A stretch of 64,000 nt of DNA from Burkholderiales bacterium (GCA_044870335.1 JBIOYV010000131.1:565-64564); one strand, 5' to 3'. Counted from the first letter of the stretch, positions 8,097-17,666 are shown. Numbers and translations are program-made. Notes: a model not told the origin generated them from the sequence alone.

Positions 8097-9824
8097 ATGG
8101 CAAAGAAACCGGGCTGGCGCAGCGTTCAGTGGTTCGGCCGCCAGGACATCTACGGCTTCATCTACCGCAGCTGGGTGAAGAACCGCGGCGTGCCGCAGGA
8201 CCAGTTCGACGGCCGGCCGGTAATCGGCATCTGCAACACCTGGTCCGAGCTCACGCCCTGCAACACGCATTTCCGCGTCCTCGCTGATCACGTCCGCCAC
8301 GGCATCCTCGAGGCGGGCGGGTTCCCGCTCGAGTTTCCCGTGATGTCTCTCGGCGAGACTCTGCTGCGGCCCACCGCGATGCTGTACCGCAACCTCGCCA
8401 GCATGGACGTCGAGGAATCGATCCGCGGCAATCCGCTCGACGGCGTGGTGCTGCTCGCCGGCTGCGACAAGACCACCCCGGCGACGCTGATGGGCGCGGC
8501 GAGCGTGGATCTCCCGACCATCCTGGTCTCGGGCGGACCGATGCTCTCGGGCAAGTACCGCGGCACCGACATCGGCTCGGGAACCAACACCTGGTCGATG
8601 TCGGAGGAGCTGCGCGCGGGGAAGATCAGCCTCGAGGAATTCCACGAAGCCGAATCCTGCATGCACCGCTCCCACGGCCACTGCATGACGATGGGTACCG
8701 CCTCGACCATGGCCTCGATGGTGGAGGCGCTCGGCGTCGGCATGCCCGGCAACGCCGCCATTCCGGCGGTGGATGCGCGCAGGAACGTGCTGGCCCGCTC
8801 GGCCGGGCGGCGCATCGTCGAGCTGGTCAAGAGCAATGCCAAGTTGTCGAGCATCCTGACGAAGGCTGCTTTCGAAAATGCGATCCGCGCCAACGCCGCA
8901 ATCGGCGGCTCCACCAACGCAGTGATCCATCTCATCGCCCTCGCGCGGCGCATCGGCGTCGAGCTCACCCTGGACGATTGGGACCGCAGCGGCCGGGGCG
9001 TGCATACCCTCGTGAACATCATGCCGTCGGGCAAGTACCTGATGGAGGACTTCTACTACGCAGGCGGTCTGCCCACGGTGCTGCGCGAGCTGGGCGAGAA
9101 CGATCTGCTGAACAAGGACGCCTTGACGGTGAACGGCAAGACGATCTGGGACAACAACAAGGACGCGCCCTGCTGGAACCGCGACGTCATCCATACCTTC
9201 AAGTCGCCCTTCAAGCCGCACGCCGGCATCGCGGTCCTGCGCGGCAACCTGTGCCCCGATGGCGCGATCATCAAGCCGTCGGCGGCCACGCCCAGGCTCA
9301 TGCAGCACCGCGGCCGCGCGGTGGTGTTCGAGAACATCGAGGATTTCCACAGGCGCATCGACGACCCGAAGCTCGACATCGACGAGTCGAGCGTGATGGT
9401 GCTGAAGAACTGCGGTCCGAAGGGCTATCCGGGCATGGCCGAGGTGGGCAACATGCCGCTCCCGCCCAAGCTGCTGAAGAAGGGCGTCACCGACATGGTC
9501 CGGATCTCGGATGCGCGCATGAGCGGCACCGCGTACGGCACCGTGGTGCTCCATGCTTCGCCCGAGGCGGCGGCGGGCGGCACCCTCGCCCTGGTCGAGA
9601 ACGGCGACAGCATCGAGCTCGATGTCGACAAGCGCAGCCTCGAGCTCAAGGTCTCCGGGCAGGTCCTTGCGCAACGCAGAAAGAACTGGGAAGCGCCCAA
9701 GCCGCCGCTGCCGCGCGGCTACTGGCGCCTTTACTTCGACCACGTGCTCCAGGCCCACGAGGGCGCCGACCTCGATTTCCTGGTGGGCAAGAGCGGCAGC
9801 TTCGTACCCCGCGACAACCACTGA
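8097..9824 (+). CDS. IlvD/Edd-family sugar-acid dehydratase (L-arabinonate/D-xylonate-dehydratase-like)
   Basis: 575 aa from ATG 8097. Contains MAKKPGWRSVQWFG...PVIGICNTWSELTPCN...LAGCDKTTPA...CMTMGTASTM, including the Fe-S cluster Cys positions of the family. Confidence 0.9.
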   Translation: MAKKPGWRSVQWFGRQDIYGFIYRSWVKNRGVPQDQFDGRPVIGICNTWSELTPCNTHFRVLADHVRHGILEAGGFPLEFPVMSLGETLLRPTAMLYRNLASMDVEESIRGNPLDGVVLLAGCDKTTPATLMGAASVDLPTILVSGGPMLSGKYRGTDIGSGTNTWSMSEELRAGKISLEEFHEAESCMHRSHGHCMTMGTASTMASMVEALGVGMPGNAAIPAVDARRNVLARSAGRRIVELVKSNAKLSSILTKAAFENAIRANAAIGGSTNAVIHLIALARRIGVELTLDDWDRSGRGVHTLVNIMPSGKYLMEDFYYAGGLPTVLRELGENDLLNKDALTVNGKTIWDNNKDAPCWNRDVIHTFKSPFKPHAGIAVLRGNLCPDGAIIKPSAATPRLMQHRGRAVVFENIEDFHRRIDDPKLDIDESSVMVLKNCGPKGYPGMAEVGNMPLPPKLLKKGVTDMVRISDARMSGTAYGTVVLHASPEAAAGGTLALVENGDSIELDVDKRSLELKVSGQVLAQRRKNWEAPKPPLPRGYWRLYFDHVLQAHEGADLDFLVGKSGSFVPRDNH

Positions 9825-10396
9825 TGAGCGCGGAGCAGGAGCACGTCCTCGGCACGGACGGGCAGTTCCATGTCGAGGACGAGGCCGTGGACCTGTCCAC
9901 CTACGGCTGGGAGGACTGGGTGAGCTTCGCGCTGTTCTGGATGATGGCCGCGGTGGTCTTCTACCAGGTCTTCACGCGCTACGTGCTCGCCGACTCCGCA
10001 GGATGGACCGAGGAGATCGCGCGCTACTTCCTGGTGGCCCTGGTGTTCATTGGTGCCTCCATGTCGGTGCGCAAGAACAACCATATCCAGGTCGACTACT
10101 TCTACCGCCTGATGCCGCGAGTCATGGCGCGCATCCTCTCGACCCTTGTGGACGTCGTGCGCTGCCTGTTTCTTGGCTACGCGGCGTGGCTCACTTGGCT
10201 GCTCATCCAGCGCATCGGCAACCAGCCGATGGCCGTGGTCGAGCTGCCGGTGGGGATCGTCTTCAGCTGCATGCTGTTCGGTTTCTTGCTGATGTTCCTG
10301 CGCTCGCTCCAGGTCGCGTGGCGCCATTGGAAGCAGGGCCACAGCGTGCTCGAGCGCCCTGAGTTCGCGGCGGAGGGCGGGGCGGGTTCCTCCTGA
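9824..10396 (+). CDS. dctQ: TRAP transporter small permease (DctQ family)
   Basis: ATG at 9824 overlaps the preceding stop (TGATG). 190 aa with four hydrophobic segments. Confidence 0.85.
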   Translation: MSAEQEHVLGTDGQFHVEDEAVDLSTYGWEDWVSFALFWMMAAVVFYQVFTRYVLADSAGWTEEIARYFLVALVFIGASMSVRKNNHIQVDYFYRLMPRVMARILSTLVDVVRCLFLGYAAWLTWLLIQRIGNQPMAVVELPVGIVFSCMLFGFLLMFLRSLQVAWRHWKQGHSVLERPEFAAEGGAGSS

Positions 10397-11796
10397 TGGG
10401 CTCCGGCCTGCTCACCGGATTTCTCGCGCTGATGGTGAGCGGCCTGCCGGTTGCCATGGCGATGGCGGTGGCCTCGCTCGTCTACGTGATGGCCTCGGGA
10501 AGCATCCCCGACTTCGTCGTCATCCACCGCATGTACGGCGGCGTGGATTCGTTTCCGCTGCTGGCGGTGCCGTTCTTCATCTGGGCGGGCAACCTGATGA
10601 ACTCCGCCGGGATCACCAACCGCATCTACAACTTCGCGCTCGCGCTGGTGGGCTGGCTGAAAGGCGGCCTGGGGCACGTCAACGTGGTGGGCTCGATGAT
10701 CTTCGCCGGCATGTCGGGCACCGCCATCGCTGATGCGGCAGGCCTCGGCACGATCGAGATCAAGGCGATGACCGATCACGGCTACTCGAAGGAATTCTCC
10801 GTCGGCGTGACCGCCGCGTCGGCAACCGTGGGACCCATCATCCCGCCTTCGCTGCCGTTCGTGATCTACGGCATGATGGCGGGCGTCTCGATCGGCCAGC
10901 TGTTCCTCGCCGGCATCATTCCCGGGATCATCATGGGCATCACGATGATGCTCACCGTGGCGTACTTCGCGCACACGCGCAACTTCGGCCGCGACGTGCC
11001 GTTCTCGACGCGCAAGCTCGCCAAGGCGACCCTCGAAGTCGCGCTGGTCGCCTGCGTCCCGTTCAGCGCGTGGCTCCTGTTTCAAGCAGGAGTGCCGGCT
11101 GGATGGGCGGTGATCATCGCTTTCGCCCTGCTGCTCGCGCTGGACAAGCTCTTCGACTTCTCGGCGGTGATGGCGCTGCTCACCCCGGTGATGCTCATCG
11201 GCGGCATGACAATGGGCGTCTTCACGCCCACCGAAGGTGCGATCGCCGCCTCGCTGTGGGCTCTCTTCCTCGGCCTGGTGTGGTACCGCACGCTGGACTG
11301 GCGGCACCTCGTCAAGCTGACGATGGACACCATCGAAACCACCGCCGCGGTGCTGTTCATCGTCGCGGCCGCTTCGATCTTCGGCTGGCTGCTTACGGTG
11401 ACCCACGTCACCGACGCAGTGGCGAATTGGGTACTCGCCTTCACGCACAACCCCAATGTGTTTCTATTGCTGGCGAATATCCTGATGCTGTTCGTCGGCT
11501 GCTTCCTCGAGCCGACGGCAGCGATCACGCTGCTGGTCCCGATCCTGATCCCGATCTGCCTGAAGTTCGGCATCGACCCGGTGCATTTCGGCCTGGTGAT
11601 GGTGCTGAACCTGATGATCGGGCTGCTCCACCCGCCGATGGGCACGGTGTTGTTCGTGCTCTCGAGGGTGGCTAAACTGTCGTTCGAGCGCACGACGGTA
11701 GCGATCCTGCCCTGGCTGGTGCCGCTGCTCCTGACTCTGTTTCTGTGTACCTACGTGCCCGAGATCGTGCTCTGGCTCCCGAAGCGGTTCTTCTGA
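10396..11796 (+). CDS. dctM: TRAP transporter large permease (DctM family)
   Basis: 466 aa, polytopic. Start overlaps the dctQ stop (TGATG). Confidence 0.9.
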   Translation: MGSGLLTGFLALMVSGLPVAMAMAVASLVYVMASGSIPDFVVIHRMYGGVDSFPLLAVPFFIWAGNLMNSAGITNRIYNFALALVGWLKGGLGHVNVVGSMIFAGMSGTAIADAAGLGTIEIKAMTDHGYSKEFSVGVTAASATVGPIIPPSLPFVIYGMMAGVSIGQLFLAGIIPGIIMGITMMLTVAYFAHTRNFGRDVPFSTRKLAKATLEVALVACVPFSAWLLFQAGVPAGWAVIIAFALLLALDKLFDFSAVMALLTPVMLIGGMTMGVFTPTEGAIAASLWALFLGLVWYRTLDWRHLVKLTMDTIETTAAVLFIVAAASIFGWLLTVTHVTDAVANWVLAFTHNPNVFLLLANILMLFVGCFLEPTAAITLLVPILIPICLKFGIDPVHFGLVMVLNLMIGLLHPPMGTVLFVLSRVAKLSFERTTVAILPWLVPLLLTLFLCTYVPEIVLWLPKRFF

Positions 11797-11805
11797 GGTG
11801 CCGTC

Positions 11806-13326
11806 ATGCTGCAAGCCGCCGACCTGACCATCCGCCTGCATCCCGATGACGACGTCGTCATCGCCCGCATGGAAATCCCGGGGGGTACGCTCCTCAAAGG
11901 CGAGAAGCTGACTGCGGTGGTGACGATCCCCGCGGGACACAAGCTCGCCGTGCGCGACATCGCGCACGGCAAGCCGGTGCGGCGCTACAACCAGATCATC
12001 GGCTTCGCCACGCGCGCGATCAAAGCGGGCGATCACGTGCACGTGCACAACATCGCCATGGGCGATTTTGCGCGCGACTACGCCTTCTGCACTCTGAAGA
12101 GACCGACCGAATTTGTGGACCAGCCGGCCACTTTCATGGGAATCAAGAGAGAAGACGGACGAGTCGCCACCCGTAACTACATCGGCATCCTCACGAGCGT
12201 GAACTGCTCGGCGACCGTGGCCAGGATGATCGCAGACCATTTCAGGAATCGCCTGGATGACTACCCCAACGTCGACGGCGTGGTGGCGCTGACCCACAAG
12301 AGCGGGTGCGGCATGGCTTCCGAAGGCGAAGGCATGGACGTTCTCCGGCGCACCATGGCGGGCTACGCGCGGCATCCGAATTTCTTCGCCATCCAGGTCG
12401 TCGGGCTGGGCTGCGAGGCGAACCAGATCAACAACCTGCTTTCGACGCAGGGCCTCAAGCGCCACGACCGGCTCCACGCCTACACCATCCAGGAAAAAGG
12501 CGGTACATCGAAGGCGGTGCGGGAGGGCGTCGCGCGCATCCAGGCCATCCTGCCCGAGGCGAACAGGGTGAAACGCGAGCCGTTCCCCGCAAGCCATCTG
12601 ACGCTCGGCCTGCAGTGCGGCGGGTCCGACGGGTATTCGGGCATCAGCGCCAATCCTGCGCTCGGGGCGGCGGTCGATCTGCTGGTCCGCAATGGCGGAA
12701 CGGCCATGCTTTCGGAGACGCCCGAGATCTACGGCGCCGAGCACCTGCTGACCCGCAGGGCGGTGTCGAAGGAAGTCGGCGAGAAGCTCATCGCGCGCAT
12801 CCGCTGGTGGGAGGACTACACCGCGCGCAACAAGATGGATATGAACAACAATCCCTCGCCGGGCAACAAAGCGGGCGGGCTCACCACCATCCTCGAGAAA
12901 TCGCTCGGCGCCGTGGCGAAGGGCGGCACCACCAACCTCGTCGATGTCTACGAGTACGCCCAGCCCGTGACGGCGAAGGGCTTCATCTACATGGATACGC
13001 CCGGCTACGATCCGGTCTCGGCCACCGGCCAGGTCGCGGGCGGCGCCAACATGATCTGCTTCACCACCGGGCGCGGCTCGGCGTACGGCTGCAAGCCCGC
13101 GCCTTCGCTCAAGCTCGCGACCAACACGCCGCTCTTCGTCCACCAGGAAGAGGACATGGACTTCAATTGCGGCACGGTGATCGACGGTACCGAGACGATC
13201 CAGGAGGCCGGTGCCCGCTTCTTCCAGCTCATCCTCGATACGGCGTCCGGGAAAAAGACCAAGAGCGAAGAATTCGGCTACGGCGAGGATGAATTCGCGC
13301 CGTGGACCCTCGGCGCCACGATGTAG
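11806..13326 (+). CDS. UxaA-family (altronate/galactarate-type) sugar-acid dehydratase with N-terminal SAF domain
   Basis: 506 aa. The SAF-like N-terminus (IPAGHKLAVRDIAHGKPVRRYNQIIGFA) is followed by a UxaA-type catalytic body. Confidence 0.85.
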   Translation: MLQAADLTIRLHPDDDVVIARMEIPGGTLLKGEKLTAVVTIPAGHKLAVRDIAHGKPVRRYNQIIGFATRAIKAGDHVHVHNIAMGDFARDYAFCTLKRPTEFVDQPATFMGIKREDGRVATRNYIGILTSVNCSATVARMIADHFRNRLDDYPNVDGVVALTHKSGCGMASEGEGMDVLRRTMAGYARHPNFFAIQVVGLGCEANQINNLLSTQGLKRHDRLHAYTIQEKGGTSKAVREGVARIQAILPEANRVKREPFPASHLTLGLQCGGSDGYSGISANPALGAAVDLLVRNGGTAMLSETPEIYGAEHLLTRRAVSKEVGEKLIARIRWWEDYTARNKMDMNNNPSPGNKAGGLTTILEKSLGAVAKGGTTNLVDVYEYAQPVTAKGFIYMDTPGYDPVSATGQVAGGANMICFTTGRGSAYGCKPAPSLKLATNTPLFVHQEEDMDFNCGTVIDGTETIQEAGARFFQLILDTASGKKTKSEEFGYGEDEFAPWTLGATM

Positions 13327-13907
13327 TGGACCAGCTCCAAAGGCATCTGCCGGACATCGCGATCGCTGCGGCGCTCGCGTGGGGCAGCGGCCTTCGCGCC
13401 TACGCGGTGATCTTCGCCCTCGGCCTCGCGGGCGCCGCCGGCTGGCTGGAGCTTCCGCAGCACCTGCGCCTGCTCCAGCATCCGATCGTGCTCGGTGCGA
13501 GCGGCCTCATGACCGCGGTCGAGTTCTTCGCCGACAAGCTGCCCTGGCTCGACAGCCTGTGGGACGCGGTGCACAGCTTCATCCGTATCCCCGCGGGCGC
13601 GGCGCTCGCCGCGGCGGTGTTCGGCGACTCCGACTCCGCCGTGACGCTCGCCGCCGCGATCCTCGGCGGAACCCTCAGCGCCGGCGTGCACTTCGCCAAG
13701 GCCGGCGCGCGCGCCGCGATCAATACCTCGCCCGAGCCATTCAGCAACTGGACTGCGTCGCTCGCCGAGGACGCCATGGTGCCCGTGGGGCTGTGGCTCG
13801 CCTTCGCACACCCGATTTTGTTTTTTCTCCTTCTGGGGCTGTTCACGATAGTGGCGGTAATGCTTCTGCGTCTCATCTGGCGCGGGCTGCAGCGCCTGCT
13901 CGCATGA
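13302..13907 (+). CDS. DUF4126-like membrane protein
   Basis: 201-aa ORF with multiple hydrophobic segments and the motif VEFFADKLPWLDSLWD. An alternative GTG start at 13326 would overlap the uxaA-like stop by 1 nt instead of 25 nt. Confidence 0.65.
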   Translation: MDPRRHDVVDQLQRHLPDIAIAAALAWGSGLRAYAVIFALGLAGAAGWLELPQHLRLLQHPIVLGASGLMTAVEFFADKLPWLDSLWDAVHSFIRIPAGAALAAAVFGDSDSAVTLAAAILGGTLSAGVHFAKAGARAAINTSPEPFSNWTASLAEDAMVPVGLWLAFAHPILFFLLLGLFTIVAVMLLRLIWRGLQRLLA

Positions 13908-14608
13908 AGCCGCGGGTGTACCTCGACGCCCCGCTGGAGCGGCCGGGCGAGGTCTCGCTCGACGACGCGCCTGCGCACCATCTCGCACGCGTGCTGCGGC
14001 TGCGGGAGGGCGATGCGCTCACCGTATTCAACGGCCGCGGCGGCGAATGGGACGCGCAGTTCATCGGCAAGCGGCGCGTGCGTCTCGTGGCCTTCGACGC
14101 CGTCGAGCGCGAGTCGCCGCTGCGCATCACCCTGGTCCAGGGCGTGTCGTCCGGTGACCGGATGGACTACACCGTGCAAAAGGCGGTCGAGCTTGGGGTG
14201 GCGGCGATCCAGCCTTTGCTCACGAAGAAAGGCGTGGTGCGGTTGGAGGGTACCCGTGCGTCAGCCCGCATCGACCACTGGAAAAGAATTGCGATCGCGG
14301 CGTGCGAGCAGTGTGGCCGCAACCGTGTTCCCGAAGTGCTGGCGCTGATCGATTTCCAGCAATATCGGCCGGTCGGCAACGGGACGCGGCTGCTCTTGTC
14401 CGCTCAGGGCGAGTCCATCAGGGAAGTGAATATGGAAGGCGCGGCGACGATCGCCGCCGGTCCCGAGGCGGGCTTCGCGCCCGAAGAGCGGGCGGCGCTC
14501 GAGCGCGCCGGGTTCGTGAAAGCGAGCCTCGGGCCGCGCGTGCTGCGCACCGAGACCGCGGCGCTTGCCGCGCTCGCCGCCCTCAACGCGCTGCGGGGAG
14601 ACTTCTAG
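13904..14608 (+). CDS. rsmE: 16S rRNA (uracil1498-N3)-methyltransferase
   Basis: ATG at 13904 (ATGA overlap with the previous stop). MKPRVYLD...HHLARVLRLREGD...LVQGVSSGDRMDYTVQKAVELGV...GPEAGF..E are typical RsmE features. Confidence 0.85.
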   Translation: MKPRVYLDAPLERPGEVSLDDAPAHHLARVLRLREGDALTVFNGRGGEWDAQFIGKRRVRLVAFDAVERESPLRITLVQGVSSGDRMDYTVQKAVELGVAAIQPLLTKKGVVRLEGTRASARIDHWKRIAIAACEQCGRNRVPEVLALIDFQQYRPVGNGTRLLLSAQGESIREVNMEGAATIAAGPEAGFAPEERAALERAGFVKASLGPRVLRTETAALAALAALNALRGDF

Positions 14609-15239
14609 CGAGAAGCTGCGCCATGGGCTCGTTGCCCTTGGCGCGCGCGATCTCGAGCGCCGTCCTGCCCTTCGCGTCCTTCGCGCCGAGATTGACGCCG
14701 CGCCCCTCGACGAAAAGTTCGACGGCGAGCGCGTCGTCGCGTTCGACCGCGGCGAGGAAGTCTCTCGGGTCGTGATACTTCAGGCCCATCGCGGTCAAGT
14801 CCTTGCGCGCCTGGAGCGCACGCTCAGGTGAAGCCGTCACGGGCTTCCCGATCTGCTTGCGTGCCATCGAAGCGACATCCTGGCCGATCGAGGCGACGCG
14901 CGAGCGGTACTCGGACGGCATGTCGGCCGTCGCTTCATCTAGCAGCCCGGCGATCGCGCGGTTCGCCTCGGTGCTGCGCCCGGCGAGCACATCGTCGAGG
15001 GCCTTGTCGGGATCGTCGGATTGCGCGGTGCGCATGAGAATCTGGGTCAGGGTCAATGCGTGGCCGAAGGCCTTCCAGCCCTCGTCGTCCTGAGCCGCGG
15101 CGGGCCTCTGCGCGGGCGCCGTCGTGCTCGGCGCGGGCGCCGTCGTGCCGGGCGCGGGGGCGGTCGTTTCGGTAGTTGCGGCGCACGCTGCGAGCAGTGG
15201 CAGCAGCACCGCGCTAAGGACAGTCGCTTTCAGGTTCAT
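14583..15239 (-). CDS. lipoprotein with Pro/Ala/Thr repeat linker and C-terminal ankyrin repeat(s)
   Basis: Internal ATG at 15239 gives MNLKATVLSAVLLPLLAAC (lipobox). This is followed by TTAPAPG/TTAPAPS/TTAPAQ repeats. The C-terminus is DAKGRTALEIARAKGNEPMAQLL (ANK-like). Confidence 0.7.
   Translation of the reverse strand: MNLKATVLSAVLLPLLAACAATTETTAPAPGTTAPAPSTTAPAQRPAAAQDDEGWKAFGHALTLTQILMRTAQSDDPDKALDDVLAGRSTEANRAIAGLLDEATADMPSEYRSRVASIGQDVASMARKQIGKPVTASPERALQARKDLTAMGLKYHDPRDFLAAVERDDALAVELFVEGRGVNLGAKDAKGRTALEIARAKGNEPMAQLLARSLPAAR
15110..15172. repeat. In-frame 21-bp tandem repeat, 3 units, in the ankyrin lipoprotein gene
   Basis: Read directly: gcgcgggcgccgtcgtgctcg / gcgcgggcgccgtcgtgccgg / gcgcgggggcggtcgtttcgg. 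Confidence 0.8.
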
Positions 15240-15315
15240 GATGGCTCTCCAAGACGGGAGGATACCGCGGGCCACCGGCCGGCGTTTACGCCTTACAATT
15301 TGTAGAAACTACAAA

Positions 15316-16638
15316 ATGGCCACGCTGCAACACCCCGAAAGCTTCGTGCGCTGGTTCCGCCAGGTCGCACCGTACCTGCACGCCTTTCGCGGCCGCACTT
15401 TCGTGGTGGCCTTCGGCGGCGAGATGTTCGCCGAGCGGGCTCGCTTCGCGAGCTTTATCCACGACGTGAGCATCCTGGCCGCGCTCGGCATCCGGCTCGT
15501 GCTGGCGCACGGCGCCCGTCCGCAGATCGAAGCCGAGCTCAAGGCGCGCGGCATCCGCTCGCACTACGCGCACGGGCTGCGGATCACAGACGAGCGCGCG
15601 CTGCAGGCCGTGAAGGAAGCGGCCGGCGTGCTGCGGGTCGAGATCGAGGCCCTGCTGTCGCAGGGGCTGCCGAACTCGCCGATGGCCGGCGCGCAAATCC
15701 GCGTCGCGTCTGGAAACTACATCACCGCGCGGCCCATCGGCGTGGTGAAAGGAACCGATTTCCTCTTCACCGGGGCGGTCCGCAAGGTCGACGCCGCCGG
15801 CATCGCGCGCCGACTCGACGCCGGCGAGGTGGCGCTCGTGCCCCCGCTCGGCTATTCCCCCACCGGGGAAGTGTTCAACCTGGCGTGGGAGGACGTCGCG
15901 GAGAGCCTCGCCGTGGCGCTCAGGGCGGACAAGCTGCTCATGTACACCGACCGGCTTCCGGCCGATGCCAAGGGGGAAGTGATCGCGGAGCTGACCGCCC
16001 AGGAAGCGGAGTCGCTTCTTTCGAAAAAAACCGATCTGAGTCCGACAACGAAGCGTGCCATGGAGCACGCCGTTCGCGCGGTCAAGGCCGGGGTCGCGCG
16101 CAGCCACATCGTGACGCGCCGCGCCAGCGGCTCGCTGCTGCTCGAGCTCTTCACGCACACCGGCGTCGGCACCATGATCACCGCGGTCACGGTGGAGAAG
16201 CTGCGCCCGGCGCGCATCGAGGACGTGCAGGGGATGCTCGCCTTGATCGAGCCGCTCGAGGCCGAGGGCACGCTCGTCAAGCGCAGCCGCGAGCTGCTCG
16301 AGGCCGAGATCGGCAACTTCCTCGTGGTCGAGCACGACGGGGTGATCGTCGGCTGCGCGGCGCTCTACCCGTTCAAGGAGGAAAAGAGCGCCGAGTTCGC
16401 CTGTCTCGCGGTCGCCGAAGGCTATCGCGACGCGGGCTACGGCGAGGACCTGCTGAAAGCCTGCGAGGAGCGCGCCCGGAGCCTGCGCATCCGGCGCCTG
16501 TTCGCGCTTACGACGCACGCCGCGCACTGGTTCCTCGAGCAGGGCTTCCGGGCCAGCGACGTGGCCAAGCTGCCTTCGCGTCGCCAGGCGCTCTACAACT
16601 GGAAGCGGGGCTCGAAGGTGTTCCTCAAGCGCCTATAA
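15316..16638 (+). CDS. argA: amino-acid N-acetyltransferase (N-acetylglutamate synthase)
   Basis: ATG at 15316. 440 aa. Kinase-like N-domain ([14 protein letters not shown]) plus a C-terminal GNAT domain. Confidence 0.9.
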   Translation: MATLQHPESFVRWFRQVAPYLHAFRGRTFVVAFGGEMFAERARFASFIHDVSILAALGIRLVLAHGARPQIEAELKARGIRSHYAHGLRITDERALQAVKEAAGVLRVEIEALLSQGLPNSPMAGAQIRVASGNYITARPIGVVKGTDFLFTGAVRKVDAAGIARRLDAGEVALVPPLGYSPTGEVFNLAWEDVAESLAVALRADKLLMYTDRLPADAKGEVIAELTAQEAESLLSKKTDLSPTTKRAMEHAVRAVKAGVARSHIVTRRASGSLLLELFTHTGVGTMITAVTVEKLRPARIEDVQGMLALIEPLEAEGTLVKRSRELLEAEIGNFLVVEHDGVIVGCAALYPFKEEKSAEFACLAVAEGYRDAGYGEDLLKACEERARSLRIRRLFALTTHAAHWFLEQGFRASDVAKLPSRRQALYNWKRGSKVFLKRL

Positions 16639-16645
16639 TTTCGCT

Positions 16646-16918
16646 ATGGCAAGAACGGTTAAATGCGTCAAGCTCGGCCGCGAGGCCGAAGGGCTGGAAC
16701 ACCCGCCCTATCCCGGCGCGCTGGGCAAGCGCATCTGGGAGAACGTCTCGAAAGAAGCCTGGCAGCAGTGGCTGAAGCACCAGACGATGCTGGTGAACGA
16801 GAACCGGCTCAATCTCGCCGACCCCAAGGCGCGCAAGTACCTGATGGAGCAGACCGAGCAACATTTCTTCGGCGCCGGCGCCGACGTCGCCTCGGGGTAC
16901 GTCCCGCCGGAAAAATAG
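16646..16918 (+). CDS. yggX: oxidative-damage protection / Fe(2+)-trafficking protein YggX
   Basis: 90 aa. [47 protein letters not shown] is a family signature. Confidence 0.9.
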   Translation: MARTVKCVKLGREAEGLEHPPYPGALGKRIWENVSKEAWQQWLKHQTMLVNENRLNLADPKARKYLMEQTEQHFFGAGADVASGYVPPEK

Positions 16919-16933
16919 GGACAGACCCTATTT
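16913..16933. terminator. Bidirectional hairpin between convergent yggX and phoU (AAATAGGG-ACAGA-CCCTATTT)
   Basis: 8-bp stem with a 5-nt loop. The yggX stop TAG (16916-16918) and the phoU stop TAA (16932-16934, minus strand) both lie within the stem arms. Confidence 0.6.
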
Positions 16934-17630
16934 ATTCCAGCAGCTCGCGCTCGACGTCCTCGATGCGGGTGTGCCGCACGTCGCGGCCCTTCACCATGTA
17001 GACCACGTACTCGGCCATGTTCTTGGCATGGTCGCCGATGCGCTCGACCGCCTTGGCGATGAACAGGATCTCGAGCGAGCGGGTGATGGTGCGCGGGTCT
17101 TCCATCATGAAGGTGATGAGCTGGCGCATGATGGCGCGGAACTCGTCGTCCACGGCCTGATCCTGCTTCACTACGCGCATGGCCTCGGAGACGTCGAGGC
17201 GCGCGAACGCGTCGAGCGACTGGCGCAGCATCGCCGTGGCGCGGTCGGCGACGTGCGAGAGATCCAGGCGCGGCATGTGCTGGCGGTCGGCGGTATGGAT
17301 GAGCTTCGCCATGCGCGCGATCTTCTGCGCCTCGTCGCCGATGCGCTCGAGGTCGGTGATGGTCTTGATCACCGCCACGAGCAGGCGCAGGTCCCCCGCG
17401 GCGGGCTGGCGCCGCGCGATGATGTGGCTGCAGGCTTCGTCGAGCTCCACCTCGATGGCGTTGACCCGATGGTCCTCGCCGATCACCTTGTCGATGAGCT
17501 CCATGTCGCCGGAGATGAGGCTTTCCATCGCGCGGGTGATCTGCTCCTCCACCATGCCGCCCATCTGCAGCACGCGGGAGCGCACGCGCTCGAGCTCGGC
17601 GTCGAACTGCTTGGACGTGTGTTCAGCCAT
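16932..17630 (-). CDS. phoU: phosphate signalling complex protein PhoU
   Basis: 232 aa. Two PhoU repeats, each with an E(R)IGD motif (DLERIGDEA, AVERIGDHA). Confidence 0.9.
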   Translation of the reverse strand: MAEHTSKQFDAELERVRSRVLQMGGMVEEQITRAMESLISGDMELIDKVIGEDHRVNAIEVELDEACSHIIARRQPAAGDLRLLVAVIKTITDLERIGDEAQKIARMAKLIHTADRQHMPRLDLSHVADRATAMLRQSLDAFARLDVSEAMRVVKQDQAVDDEFRAIMRQLITFMMEDPRTITRSLEILFIAKAVERIGDHAKNMAEYVVYMVKGRDVRHTRIEDVERELLE

Positions 17631-17666
17631 GACCGGCCAGCCTATCAGCCTGGGATGACCGAAATG

